Assembly: GCA_043228905.1 (NCBI GenBank)
Contig: JBHGNT010000002.1
Location: forward strand, 9,114,001-9,178,000
Length of the DNA stretch: 64,000 nucleotides
DNA from: Azolla caroliniana
Lineage: Eukaryota; Plantae; Polypodiophyta
Reading direction: 5' to 3'
Shown here: in pieces, positions 11,474-24,210 of the stretch
Layout: every line of letters begins with the position of its first letter
Numbering within the stretch: position 1 is the first letter of the stretch
Notes under the pieces: generated by a model
Told to the model about the DNA's origin: nothing
What the model saw: only the letters and a program-made list of their open reading frames with translations
Database searches by the model: none
Made by a program: the position numbers and the translations under genes

Positions 11474-14400
11474 TCCTTGTACCTATATTCTCCTCACACA
11501 TGTGCACCCTTTCACATGAGATCTATATATACCTCATTGTGAGTATTTTTGATAGAGTTCGAGGAGACAAACGTGGAAAACATTGTGAAGCAGAAATGTG
11601 GGGGGAAGCGCTAACCGGAAGGCGATTGGGTTAACGCGCTCGAGGATACGGAAGGGGCCTAACTTTTTGTAGTCAAGCTTCCCGCAGGGACAGGTGGTTG
11701 CGATATGCCGATGTAGCAACCAAACCATGTCACCGACTGCGAAGGTCGGCGCGACTAAGCGATGTCGGTCAGCGTGAGCTTTATACTATTTTCCAACGGC
11801 ACGAAGCTCGAGGGAGAGGTCACGGTGGACATCTTGTAAGGTGTGGGCACACTTCTCGGCTAACGGATTGATGGATATCTCCAGAATGGAAATGCTGAAA
11901 CGAGGGTGTAAACCATAATTTGCAAAGAAAGGGGAAACTTTAGTTGAGGCATGGATACTGTTATTGTAGGCAAATTCCGCCATGGCAAGGAGGTCCACCC
12001 AATCGTCTTGTTGGTAGCTAACTGAACAACGGAGGTATTGTTCGAGGATTTGGTTGAATCTTTCGGTTTGGCCATCAGTTTGAGGGTGGTGCGCGGTTGA
12101 CAAGTTCACAAAAGTCCCGAATGTCTGTAGTAGTCGGTGCCAAAAGTGGGAGATAAATTGAGGACCTCGATCAGAAGTGACATCCTTAGGCAAACCGTGT
12201 AAGCGGACGACATTTTTCAGAAAAAGGGAAGTTGTCTCCTCCCCCGAAATGGTTTTCAAACATGGGACAAAGTGAGCCATCTTCGAAAACCGATCGACGA
12301 CCACTAGCACCGTGTCATGGTCACCGACTCGAGGAAGGTCGGTGATAAAGTCCATGGAGATAGATGTCCAAGGTCGACTGGGGATTGGAAGTGGGTGTAG
12401 AAGGCCATATGGATGATAGTGAGCCGCTTTGGAGCGAGCACAGACGTCACAAGTTTTGATAAATTCATTGACCAATTTCCAAGGTTGAGGCCACCAAAAC
12501 CCCCGAGAAAGCAATGCCAGAATTTTGGCGACCCCAAAGTGTTCAACAAGAGGATCATCACGGCAAGTTTGTAGAACTCGGAGGCGACATGGGCCATCTG
12601 GTACGTAAAGGAGGTGATTACGATAGAGTAGCCCATCGTGAGTTGTAAAGTGACTGAGATCCAAGCTTTGCATTTCTTGGGATGGGTTGTTGAGGCACGC
12701 CATGATGTTAGAAGCGAAAGGGTCCGACGTGGTTGCTTGGGCAATCTCGTTGAGCAAGGAATCATCGTGCAACTGATAGGTTGCGAACATGTGGAGTTGA
12801 TCGGGCCGCAATAAACAATGTGATTGCTGAGAATAAGCGTCGTTGCCTGGGCGCAATGCAAAATCGGGTCGCCAAGAGAGAGCATCCGCTTTCCCATGTT
12901 GAACACTGGGTCGGAACAAAATTTCGAAGTCGTAGTCGGCAAGAAAAGATGACCAACGAACCTGCCTCCGATTCAACGTACGAGTGGTGGTGAAGTAGAT
13001 GAGATTCTTGTGGTCGGTCACAACCTGAATACGTTGTTGCGCCCCAACCAAATAGGGTCGCCATTCAACAAAGGCCGAGATGATAGTTGTGAGCTCCTTG
13101 TCGTAGACCAGATAATTGATTTCCGGGGCTGTAAACTTCTGAGAGTAGAAGGAGACCGGATGTAGGGCGCCATCGTCATCAAGTTGGGACAAGACCGCGC
13201 ACCTATGGCAAAGTCGGAGGCGTCGGTTTCAACCTGGAAAGGGCGGGTGGGGTCCGGGTGGACTAATAGGGGGGCGGAGAGAAAAGCTGCTTTGAGGGCA
13301 TTAAAAGCATTATGTGTTGCGGGGGTCCAAAGAAATCATCTATAAATCATCTATAAAAATTTGCAAAACCAAGAAACGATTGTACCTTTTTCAGCCGAGT
13401 CAGGAGAGGCCAATCAGTGATTGCAGTGACCTTGCATTTATCCATTGTGATCCCGGTAGGTGAGATCATGTAACCCAGGAATTCCACAGAGGTCCAATCG
13501 AATTCACATTTCTCACTTTTGGTGAAGAGACCATATTCTCAAGTTTGGTGAGAACCAGCCGGACGTGGTGTGTGTGCTCCTCCCAGTTGGAAGAAAAAAC
13601 TAGGATGTCATCAAGGTAGATGACCGCGAAATGATCAAGATACTCTCCAAAAATATCGTTCATCATGTGTTGGAAGACGGCCGGAGCGTTGGTAAGGCCG
13701 AAAGGCATCACTTTGTACTTGAAATGTCCATAGCGCGTCCGAAAAGTTGTTTTCCACTCGTCCCCAGGCTTGATGCGCACCAAATTGTAGGCGCCCCGAA
13801 GGTTGATTTTGGAGAAGATATGCCTCGTTCGGAGTCGATCAAGGAGCGTTGGAATTAAGGGCAGGGGGTAACAATTACGTACCGTAACTTTGTTGCGACC
13901 TCGATAATCGACACATAAGCGTAAGGATCCGTCCTTCTTTTTGACAAATAAGATTGGTGCCCCGGCCGGTGATTTGGAGGGTTGAATGAAGCCCTTCGCG
14001 AGATTCTCAGCCAAATATGTGCGGAGAGCCTCAAGTTCGGGTTCAGATAACCCATATATAGGACCGAATGGGGGATGCTCACCAACTTGGAGTTCTATTG
14101 GGCAATCATAGGGGCGATGAGCCGGTAATCGATTGGCATTCCGCTTTTCGAAGATGTCGGAAAAGTCACTATATCGGATGGGTAAATTGGTGACAGGAAC
14201 GGTGACGTTCCCCAACACAACGGCTAGTGTAGCGACCAAACCGGACTCGACCGCAACAGAATCAAGAGAGTGTCGTGACCGAGCAAGAATTGGCGTTGCT
14301 GGAAAAGTGATGGAGTGGCTACACCAATCTACCGTCAGATTGTGTGTCTCCAACCAAGATAGCCCCGACACAATCGGATGTCGGGGGGTCGTGATGAGGT

Positions 14401-14577
14401 AGAACGTTAGTTCCTCCTGGTGTGCCCCGATTTGAAGTACCAATGAGATAGTAGCTTCGGTAACCGCCCCCGATGAGAGAACCCGACCATCATTCGCTTC
14501 AACGGATATGGGTTGTGATGTGCGGACAGTGGGGATATTATGTGTGCATACAAACGATTTATTGATAAAGCAAATGG

Positions 14578-17500
14578 TGTTAAAACGTGTGTGCGGAAGT
14601 GTAAGACAACAACTTCGTTGCGTAGCAGTAGAGAGAAAGAGAATAATACACAGAATACAGAGAGTACTCAGGAGAGACAAAGAGAGCAGAATAATTAAAT
14701 CTATTACAAAACAATAATAGTTCTCTATATATGAAACGTGCTCAACAACACTATTTATATAGGTCCTGAGAGGACTAACAAAAGGACCACATACTTCAAT
14801 GCTCACTCGAGCGTCTGGCACTGACTACGAGACTATTAACTCCCTAGTATTCTAGCTGCTACTAGGCTTCCGGTTACTAATGGTAGTGCCCCGGTACTCA
14901 TCCTCAGTGCTCGAAAGGGCCATTGTTGGCTGCTTTTTATTGCTCCATGCAACAACCGCGCTCCCAAGGGAAAACATATAGCCAGAGGTGGATCGGTGAT
15001 CTGATGCATCGTCGGCCCAGTCGGCATTTGTGTAGCCGACTAGCTCTTCGGTTATACCTCGCCGGTACAATAGTCCCCGGTCCTTCGTGCCGCTCACATA
15101 TCGCAAAATTCGATGGGCGCACAGAAGGTGCTCCACGGTCGGCTTCTGCATGAATTGGCTAATCACACCGACCGGATAGCTCATGTCGGGTCATGTGATG
15201 GTCAAATATATAAGGCTTCTGACAATTTGTCGGAACCGTGTCTCATCGCAGGCCAGTCTGGAGTTGGGACAGAGCTTCTGGTTCCGGTCCAGGGGTGTAG
15301 AAATAGGTCGGCATTCCATCATGCCGAACTTGTACAGCATATTCAACACATAGTGTCTCTTTGAGAGCAATATGCCGTCGGGGGTTCATATCACCTCGAT
15401 CCCAAGGAAATAGTGAAGGTCCCCTAGGTCCATCTTAAATGCGTCCGACAGCTGGGACTTGACTCGGCTGATTTCATCGAGTCCGGCTCTAGTGATGACC
15501 AGATCATCAACATACAACAAGATGCAAACCGGACCATCCAGTCTTTGCTGGATGAACAGTGAAGAGTTGGATTTGGAGGCCACAAACCCCATCTTACGCA
15601 ACCGGTGCGTGATCTTTGCATTCCAAACTCGGGGGGCTTGCTTCAGCCATAAAGTGACTTCTTCACCCGGCATACCGCCGACTTGTTCATCTCCGACTAA
15701 AAACCGGGGGGTTGGGTCATAAAGACCACTTCTTCAAGATCACCTTGAAGAAATGCATTCTTCACGCCCATTTGGTGAAGATGCCACCCCCTTGCCGCAG
15801 CAACCGCTAGCACCACACGAACTGTCGTCATCTTCGCTAGCGAAGCGAAGGTCTCGTCGTAGTCGATTCCGTGGGTCTACGCGTATCCCTTTTCCACTAA
15901 CCGAGCCTTGTACCGGTTTACTGAACCATCGGCATTGTACTTTACCTTGTACACCCACTTGCATCCGATCGGTTTACAGTGACAGGGAGGGTCAACCAAG
16001 TCCCATGTGTCATTGGCATCAAGTGCCCACATCTCTTCCTCCATAGCGGCACGCCAATTTGTGTCCCTTGCTACTTCTGCATAGTTCTCTAGCTCACGCA
16101 CTTCCGCCACCTTGGTCATGTATGCATAGTGATGCGCCATGTACTCATTGTACCCGTGCCGCTTAACAGGTTCCTTCTGGCGGGTTGACCGGCATAACCC
16201 ATTGTTACCCGGTTTGAGGCCCTTCTTGGCCGGTTCGGTCTTCATTGTCGAAGGACCGTCATTTTCTTTTCCGGAGTCGGATCTGCTCCGATCTGACTCA
16301 TCATTACCGGTTTTATAATCCGGCATCTTCTTCCCCTTCTCTTTGCGCGTGAACTGTCTCCTTGGTTCCTTGCACGGGGAGAGCACGGCAAAGTCTTCAC
16401 TACTCGCCGGTTCCTCTTCTGACTGGTCGGATTGACCCAATCTCTCGTTCGTCCCACTCAACCAAAATGATTCCGGACTCTCTTCTTGAGTCCCGGATTC
16501 ATCATCTTCTATCTGGACCGGTTCAGGCTCACTAGCCTCATCCTCCAGTATCAGGTCGGGGTCGGAAGTCGGAGCTGGTAAGGCATACCATGATGCCGTC
16601 TCATCAAACTCAACATCCCGGCTAACTCGGACCTACTTCGTTCGGGGGTTATAACACTTATACCCCTTTTGCTCATGCAAGTAACCGACCAAGATGCATT
16701 TCTCCGACTTTGCATCCAACTTCCTCCGCTTCTCATCCGGCACATGCACACATGCAATGCTACCGAATATCCGAAGGTGTCGCCAATTCAGCTTGCACTC
16801 GAAATACAGCTCATGCACGGACACCTTGTCACCGATCCGGTTTTGGATGTAGACAACCGTCCGAACTGCGTCCGCCCAGTAGAAATGGGGCATGCTCTTC
16901 TCCTCCAGCATCGCCCTTGCCGCATCGATAAGCGACCAGTTCTTCCTCTCGGCTACACCGTTCTGTTCCGGTGTGTATCTGCAGCTGAACTCTCGCCGAA
17001 TTCCTATTTGCTGCAGATAACTGTTGAATTGGCCAGAAAAATATTCTTTTCTGCCATCCGACCACAGGCACTTGATCTTCCTCTCCAATTCTCGCTCCAC
17101 CATGCTTTGGAGGTTCCGGAAACAGTCAAAGACTTCGCTCTTCCGCTCAATGAGGTAGATCCATGTGTGTCGGCTGTAGTCGTCGATGAAGGAGACAAAA
17201 TATCGACTCCCACCAAGACTTACGTTCGATTTCGTTCGGTGGGGAATGGAAGCCGATGTTGCTTCCCGATTGGCAGGCTTCACATATTTGGGCCTTCCGG
17301 CCACTGAACTTCCGCAAACCGAAAACAACTTGTTTCGTTTGCAGGTCTTGAAGCCTCCGGTAATTGACATGGCAGATCCGCTTGTGCCATAGGTCGATGT
17401 CCGATTCGACCTTCTGTCCTTTAGTGAACAAAGTGGTGCCTACGTCATTGGTGTCGAGGATGAACATCCTCCTGTCTCTGCGCCCTCCCGTCTCGCCTTG

Positions 17501-18620
17501 ATTCCCCCTGCTTGTGGAAGTCTCGGAACTGTTGTCGGCACGTTCTCTATGCCTTCTTTCCTGCTCTTGCCGGCCGCCTCCAGTGCATGCCAACCCACCT
17601 CGTCCCCCACGCCCACGAGGCCTATCTGCCTCCGTGTACAGCATCTGGTTGTCCAATTGAGTGGTCCTGGACCCACTCACATGGTTTTCTTCGACCATCA
17701 GCATCGATTGCAAGTCAAAGAAGGTCGGTGGTTTCTCCTTTATTTTGGTGGTGTAGTTCGTAACTAACATATCTCTTTGTCGGATGTTGTTTAGCTCTTG
17801 CCGGAGCTGCAACTTACGAGTTGTGGTACTTGCATCCCTGATGTAGCCGAGCATCTGGTCGTGCACACAAGACGTGAGGCGGTATAATACTCGGGTCGCT
17901 CCTTGCTCCCATACCGGGAAGTCCTTTTGACCAGGCTCTGGTGCTACCTCATTCGTTCCTTCCACAATACTCCAATACCCATGCCCCAATAGGTACTAGT
18001 GCATTTTGTATGACCGGGACGCATAGTTGCTCCGGTCGAGCTTCTCTGTAGGAAGTGAACTCGCCATACCTCTGTCCATATTTTTCCTCTGTCTACTGTT
18101 CTGTTCTCACAACCTGTAGGTTTTTTCTTGCGAAAGCAAATGTTGGCTTCAGAGGTCTTCAACCCTTGCGCTCTGATACCATGTTAAAACATGTCTCCGG
18201 AAGCATAAGACAACAGCTTGGTTGCGCAGCAGTAGAGAGAAAGAGAATAATACACAAAATACAGAGAGTACTCGGGAGAGACAAAGAGAGCAGAACAATT
18301 AAATCTATTACAAAACAATAATAGTTCTCTATATATGAAACGTGCTCAACAGCACTATTTATACAGGTCCTAAGAGGACTGACAAAAGTACCGCATACTT
18401 CAATGCTCACTCGAGCATCTGGCACTAACTACGAGGCTATTAACTCCCTAGTAGTCTAGCTGCTACTAGGCTTCCGGTTACTGATGGATCCGGCTAACCG
18501 GTTCCCCAGCTCACCGGCTCACTTGCTCACCAGGTCACCGATCCGGCTCATCCTTCCGGATGTCGATCCGGCTCAGGCTTATTTAGCCGATCCGGATCCG
18601 GTTGAGCTTGCCGTTCAACA
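14578..18620 (-). mobile_element. Internally deleted Ty1/Copia inserted in the chromovirus protease
   Basis: LTRs at 18182-18620 and 14578 to ~14883 (truncated); PBS TGGTATCAGAGC 18170-18181; integrase, RT and RNase H motifs; TSD AATGG/AGTAG, whose collapse restores DSGASTCFI. Confidence 0.92.
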
Positions 18621-19821
18621 AGTAGATGCTCCGGAGTCAAGCAAGGCATGAGAATGTATGGAAGTCGAACCAAAACAAAGACTTACTTGCAAAGAAAACG
18701 CTCCTAATGGCGGTTCGGACTTTTAGGAGCATGGAGAAGGTGAGTAACGGGAAGCATCCAGCGGCATGGCTCCTACTACAGCCGGACTTGGTCGTTTTCC
18801 TGTTGTCGAGGAACCTCCGCAAGACGTGCACAATGGAATTGGTGTCGAGGGCCTCACACAAGGCAGTGGTGGATGACATGGCCGGGGTTGCCACAATAGA
18901 GACAAAGTCCATTGTCCCGACGATGTTGGCGTTGGGCTTCAATTAGTGGTTGGAACCGAGCATGGTCGATCTCCATCGGGGTATGGGAATCGACCTCCAT
19001 TGTGGTATGGTTTTCACTGGATGATGGTAAGGTTGGCATGGGCGACAAGTAGGGCCTGGTGATTGCTACGTTCCGAGAAGAAGCCTGAGACCCGTGAGTC
19101 CCCTGTTCTTCTTGACGAAGTTCAAAAAGACGATTGTCACACTGGACAGCTTGGGAGATTACCTGAGACAATGATGCGGGCTCCGGGAAGTTTAAGAGAA
19201 GAGTTTTGACGTCATTTCAGAGACCACGACGGAAATGGTCGCATAGGGCTTGGTCATCCTAACATCACAGGCAATCTGGCGGAACTCTGAGGCATAGATC
19301 GAGGTAGGATGTGAACCTTGTTGGACAGAATAAAGCTTTGTGAGTGTCGTTCGTCGTCGATCTGTCTTGCCAAATGTTGCTTCGAGCTCCTCCATGAAAG
19401 CGGTGAAGTCCTCCAAGAGAGGGGATGAGGTCTCGATCAAGCGTGCAAACCACGCTTGCGCTGGCCCAAAGAGAATCGTGTCGACAAGCCCAACCCAAGA
19501 AAAGTCGCTAGCATACCGTTGGGGCTGTAATCAGATGATAAGCCGAATTTGGTTGATGAAGCCGCGAAGATACACCCTCGTGCCATTGAATTTTTCAGGT
19601 AGGCTAATGGTTGGTTCGAGGACATATGGATGAGAAGAGGACATGGTCGGGCTAGGTGTCGACGGTGGTTGTGACTCGGCAGCTAGTGGATTTCTTGAAG
19701 TGCCGGATTGCAACTCTCGTAATGATTCCCGAAGGATTTCATTCTCCAGTTGAAGTTTTTGCAAGGCTGCCATGATTTGGTTTTGGTTGTCGACGGAGCC
19801 GGACATGGTAGCAAGAAAAGG

Positions 19822-19975
19822 AAGGTGAACAAACTGTCACGGACAAGTATAATAGAGTAGAACGAAGATAAGACTGGAGAACAAGAGAGAGGAAAAGAAC
19901 AAGAACTCAACTTATAGAATCCGTAACTTGTGTTGTTCACCTTGATTAGAATCAAGGTGCACATGAGTATTTATA
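19822..19975 (-). promoter_or_regulatory. LTR TATA box (19975-19968), predicted TSS ~19943 and self-complementary PBS (19832-19822)
   Basis: TATAAATA lies 32 nt upstream of AAGGTGAACAA, which is the exact complement of TTGTTCACCTT located 2 nt past the LTR end. Confidence 0.7.
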
Positions 19976-20199
19976 CAAGAGGGTAGGGCTATGTAAGCCA
20001 GCTAGAAATAGAGTGCATGAGGATGCATGCAAGCTAGAGAATGAGAATGCATGTAAGCTAGGAACTTCCAATGTTCAATCTACATTATATGAAGTTGAAT
20101 TAATACAAGGATGCATATGTAGCTCAAGTGGTAGGGTTTGCCCAATAGAGACATGAGGTCTTGGGTTCAATCCCTACCTTCCTCTGTTTATGACAATTG

Positions 20200-21240
20200 C
20201 TTTATCAAAGAAAACCAATTAACACATTGCATGCCTCATGTTGAACTTCGAGAAGGCGTATGATAGAGTTTAGTGACCTATTTTAGAAAAAGGCAATGAG
20301 GGGTTGGGATTACCCTCAAATGGAGATAAGCTACATTGGCCCTTTACGAAGGAAGCTCGAGTAGGGTGTTGGCGACAGGGCATCGGGTCCATCGATTCCA
20401 TTATCATGTAAGTTTGTCAAGCAAGGGTGCATCTTGGCTCCCTACCTTTATTTATTTATTTCAGAGGAATTCTCTTTCTTTTTTAACAGACCAAATGCAT
20501 GAATAAGGGGTTTTGTTGTCCCAAATGCGAGCAAGGATTTGCTGGACTTTGAGTATGCAGATGACACTATGCTCTACCTACAAGGCAATGATGTTAATTT
20601 ACGAACAGATTGAGCTTTTTCCAAAGGAAATAAATTGGAACAAAAGCAAAGGATTCTGGGTAAGTCTAAACCCACGACCGCTTTGGTGCCCTAATGTTGA
20701 TTTTCAATGGGTCCCCAATGGAATGGCTATTAAGTATTTGGGCTTTTTGGTCGGAGTTGAGACACCTAAAAATCAATAGCTCAAGCAAGTGAAAGACAAA
20801 AATTTTAAAAAAGCTTGGCTATGGGCATCAGTAACACTTTCCCTTGCATGTAGGGTGGTCGTGGTGATTTTGTTAGCCACCATGTGGCACTCGGTGGCAT
20901 GTTGGATGTTAGGCAAGGCTTGCATCAAAAACATTAAGGCAATGGTGAGAGGTTTCCTTTGGTCGAGTAGAGACAATAAAATGGCGCCAACTAAAGTGGT
21001 GTGGGGTTGTTTAATCAAGGCGAAGAACCATGGACGACTCGATTCACTAAAGTAAGGCTCTACTCGGCAAGCTCCTGGTGCAAAGTCTACAACCCAAACC
21101 AGAATTGTCGAAAGTGCTTCTTAGGAATAGAGCTAACCTTTGGTGGTCAAGGAATGGTGGTCCTTGGCAGGTAAATATGTGGTGGTTGTTGAGTCCAAGT
21201 GTTGACCGGTGGGACAAAAGGAGTGAAAGGAGACAGAAGA
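20200..21240 (+). mobile_element. Degenerate LINE (L1/Tx1-like) reverse transcriptase fragment
   Basis: LNFEKAYDRV, QGCILAPYLY, EYADDT, INWNKS, IKYLGF motifs across frameshifts. Confidence 0.85.
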
Positions 21241-21254
21241 AATCAAGCACTGAT

Positions 21255-21260
21255 TGTCAG

Positions 21261-21308
<48 letters not shown>

Positions 21309-21662
21309 CAAGAAATGGAAATGAGATTATATTATGAGGAAACAAGGTTACAAAGAGTAGGCTAAGGGCTAAAGATTGGTGTTGAACAGAGTGAGTTGTG
21401 ATGAATGAATAGACACCTATTTACAGGTCCTTATGGAGTATTCTAGAATGTTCTAGAATATTTATGATATTTATGATATTTAATATAATCATGGAATATC
21501 CTAGAATGTTCTAGAATACTCTAAATATCTTATAATAACTAACAATATATTTATTATAACTATACATCATATATGTTATTATAATGGTTAAAGGTGTAAC
21601 ATATAGACCAAGACGTCATGCGCTCGAATCCTTGTAAAGCCAAAATGTATGTCCTCATGACA
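21255..21662. mobile_element. Solo LTR (408 bp) with (GA)n tract
   Basis: TGTCA...TGACA termini; TSD CTGAT/CTAAT (4 of 5 match). Confidence 0.75.
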
Positions 21663-21836
21663 CTAATAGCCAAATAAAGGAGAACCAAATATTAAGGAGG
21701 AACGAGAGTAACACGCCAAGCATAGAGGTTTATATAAAGACTGAATGGTTTAGAATGAAGGAGGGGGGGAATATCGATATATTTTTTGAAAGCTAGAACA
21801 TAGTGAGAAGTAAACGTGTTTTATACCGACAATCGA

Positions 21837-22007
21837 TCATCCGGCACTTGTCAGGTACTCGTCATCTGGTTCTCACCGGGTCATCCGTAGTCGGGTACTC
21901 TTCATCCGGTTCTCACCGGGTTTGCACCATCTGGCTCTCCGTAGTCGGGTACTCTTCATCCGGTTCTCACCAGGTCTGCACCATCCGGAGGGACCTGTTT
22001 CCTAACA
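21837..22007 (-). mobile_element. Fragment of a Copia LTR carrying the 54-bp-type U3 repeats
   Basis: Matches 57850-58045, ending GACCTGTTTCCTAACA. Confidence 0.8.
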
Positions 22008-22941
22008 TTCTTGACTCTGCCATTTGCTCCGACTTGTTCGGATGTGTTGACTCGTTCGATCGAATCGACTTCCTTTTTCTGCTTATCTCCCCCCTTTGTT
22101 CTTTCTTCCTCTCTAGTTTCTTGTCCGGTGCCATCTGTTCCCATTCCTATTCTCCCCCTCGAGTGCGGCATTGTAACAAAAAGTGTTCTTAATATAATAA
22201 TTGTTCTTGTGGGGTAATTTGGTGTATCAAACTTGTGTCCAAGTATATTGGTCTGTGTAATCACAAGTCATGGTAAATCGTGAGTCTATCATCGGTTGTA
22301 GCCGATTCGTTAAGGTAATTATTTTGGTGCTCCTTACGGTATGTGTGAGCCGTCTGTAATCTTGGGTGTAGTCCAGGACAAATGAATGGGTTATCCCAAC
22401 AAAAGGCACTTGGAACCCTTAGGGTCGAGTTATCTCCCCTTCCCCTGCACATCCCCTTCGATGAGATACACGGTCAACAGTGCGACATGGGACCCCTCCT
22501 CCTTCCCACTACAATCACCTTGATCTAATTGCTCGGAAGTAGTAATCGGGAAAGTGTTCCTCTAGAAAGGGGTAACACTAGGTTTAAAGTTGAAAGAACT
22601 GGTTGGTATGGAGGATAGGGTGGTTTGCGCCGTAATGAAGGCATGATCAAGTTTAAGAGAGGGGTTGGTCTTAATGCAACCAGAATCGTTGGATGAACAG
22701 CTATGACAACTGTTGTTTTGGAATCCAGGATTAGAAGTGAAGATGGTATGATGCTTGTATAGAAAGAATACTTGCCCTGTGGGCATATGTTAGAGTACAA
22801 TGTTAGGTTGGTAAGAGATTGGCCGGTTTTCAGCATGCAAAGACGGGAGGGCCAAGCTAGTAACATTAGGTTTAATGGAAGGCTAGCGAAGGTGACCTAG
22901 TTTATAGATAAGGCAGTTGATGGATTAAATAAGTTGAACGT

Positions 22942-23197
22942 TGTCATGAACAATCCGTCACTATGTGCGGATCGTGAGGCGGAACCGCCAGGGTCCTAAA
23001 CTGGAAGGATTCGAAGTTTGCACTAGCTTTAGCGACAAGAGAGGGAGAGATTGAGATTAAACCCTTGACTTTAGATTTCAGAGACAAGATACATCACCAT
23101 TAGGTTAACTTGTTGTTATTATTATTATTATTAATTTCTTCCCAATTTTTGTACATTCCATGCAATTTTTACACCGTTGCCAAAAATCTTCACGACA
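22942..23197 (-). mobile_element. Internally deleted solo LTR of the ACGT-targeting family
   Basis: TGTCA...CGACA flanked by ACGT on both sides; homologous to 44149-44340 and to 40741-41770. Confidence 0.8.
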
Positions 23198-23285
23198 ACG
23201 TAGAAGAGGGAGTCTACTCAATTTGGTTTTTAGGTGAGGATGACACACAGATTATCCACGGTAGGTGCACATCTAACGAGGATCG

Positions 23286-23907
23286 TGTTGAATTTGAATC
23301 AAATATTCGTGAGAAGGATATGCCAAAAATACACAACTCAGAACAAAAATAATAGCAAATGAACAAGATACACAATGTTTAACGTGGAAACCCTAATCGA
23401 GAAAAACCACGAGAGAAACAAAGATCCACTATACAAGAGAATACAGAAAACGGTTCCAATCTTGTCTAATGCACACATAGGATAACCCGCTTAGGGTTCT
23501 TAGCAAGTTCACTGAACTTTGTTGCCACTCACTCTTGCTCATGCGCTCTATCTTCTTTGTCACACTCACAACAGAGGCTCACAATAGTTCTGTTCTACAC
23601 ACACAATCTATGTTTGCCCTAGGTGTATTTATACTTATACACTGTATTGGCTATTTACAAATGTAGCCATTGTTACTATCATTCCTATTATAGCAATAAT
23701 AGATATTAAGGCGACAGATCGATTAGTCAACTCCAGCGTCGACTATCCAGTCAGCCCGACTAGTCGGCCTTATCTTCGACCATCCAGTCGGCCCGACTAG
23801 TTGGGTGTGTCTTCGGCTTGGACTCTCCTACTGTCGACTCTCTCTCCAACTATTGGCACTTGGCCCGACCAGTCGGTTGCTCCCATAGGAGGGACCTATT
23901 CCTAACA
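23286..23907 (-). mobile_element. Solo Copia-type LTR (622 bp)
   Basis: TGTTG...TAACA; shares GTGGAAACCC..AAAACCACG and GGGACCT.TTCCTAACA with other Copia LTRs here; degenerate TSD GATCG/AATCA; the LINE resumes on both sides. Confidence 0.8.
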
Positions 23908-24210
23908 AATCATTTGTTGGGCAACCTAAATGCATTGACGGACAATGGTAGGTGGCTGGCACTAGGGTGGCAATGTTGGAGGGTAAGAGGTGACAATTGA
24001 ACTCGAACCTGGGAAACTTGATCATGATTGTAAACTATGGGCTTTTGACAACAAGCCCCTATGTGAATTGGAGTGGATCCAGTGGAGGTATGGTAACAAA
24101 AATCAGGAACAACCAAACTAAAAAAGTGTTTTGTGTACAATACTAAGACGGGAAGCTGAATCATTGGCTCCAAATCGGTGGGTTTTGTACAGACTCGCAA
24201 TAGTTGGAAG

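Larger units (their letters stand above)
11534..20195 (-). mobile_element. Tcn1-like chromovirus (5' LTR 19835-20195, gag 19806 to ~18780, pol) interrupted by a Copia; 3' end lost
   Basis: gag PEKFNG, CLYCGNPGHVIHHC; protease ALLDSGAST|CFI split by the insertion; RT (YLDD); RNase H; integrase (HFG..C..C, ISMDFITDLP, SDRGPQF, QTDGQTER, GPF..FHV); LTR TGTCA...TGACA. Confidence 0.93.

Noticed and set aside
13466-14821. 451-aa ORF with hydrophobic N-terminus fused to RT (env-like?)
   Set aside because: The N-terminus is Copia LTR sequence in frame by chance with the interrupted chromovirus pol.
20118-20181. Functional tRNA gene
   Set aside because: A/B boxes are present but no convincing acceptor or anticodon stem; reported only as tRNA-like.
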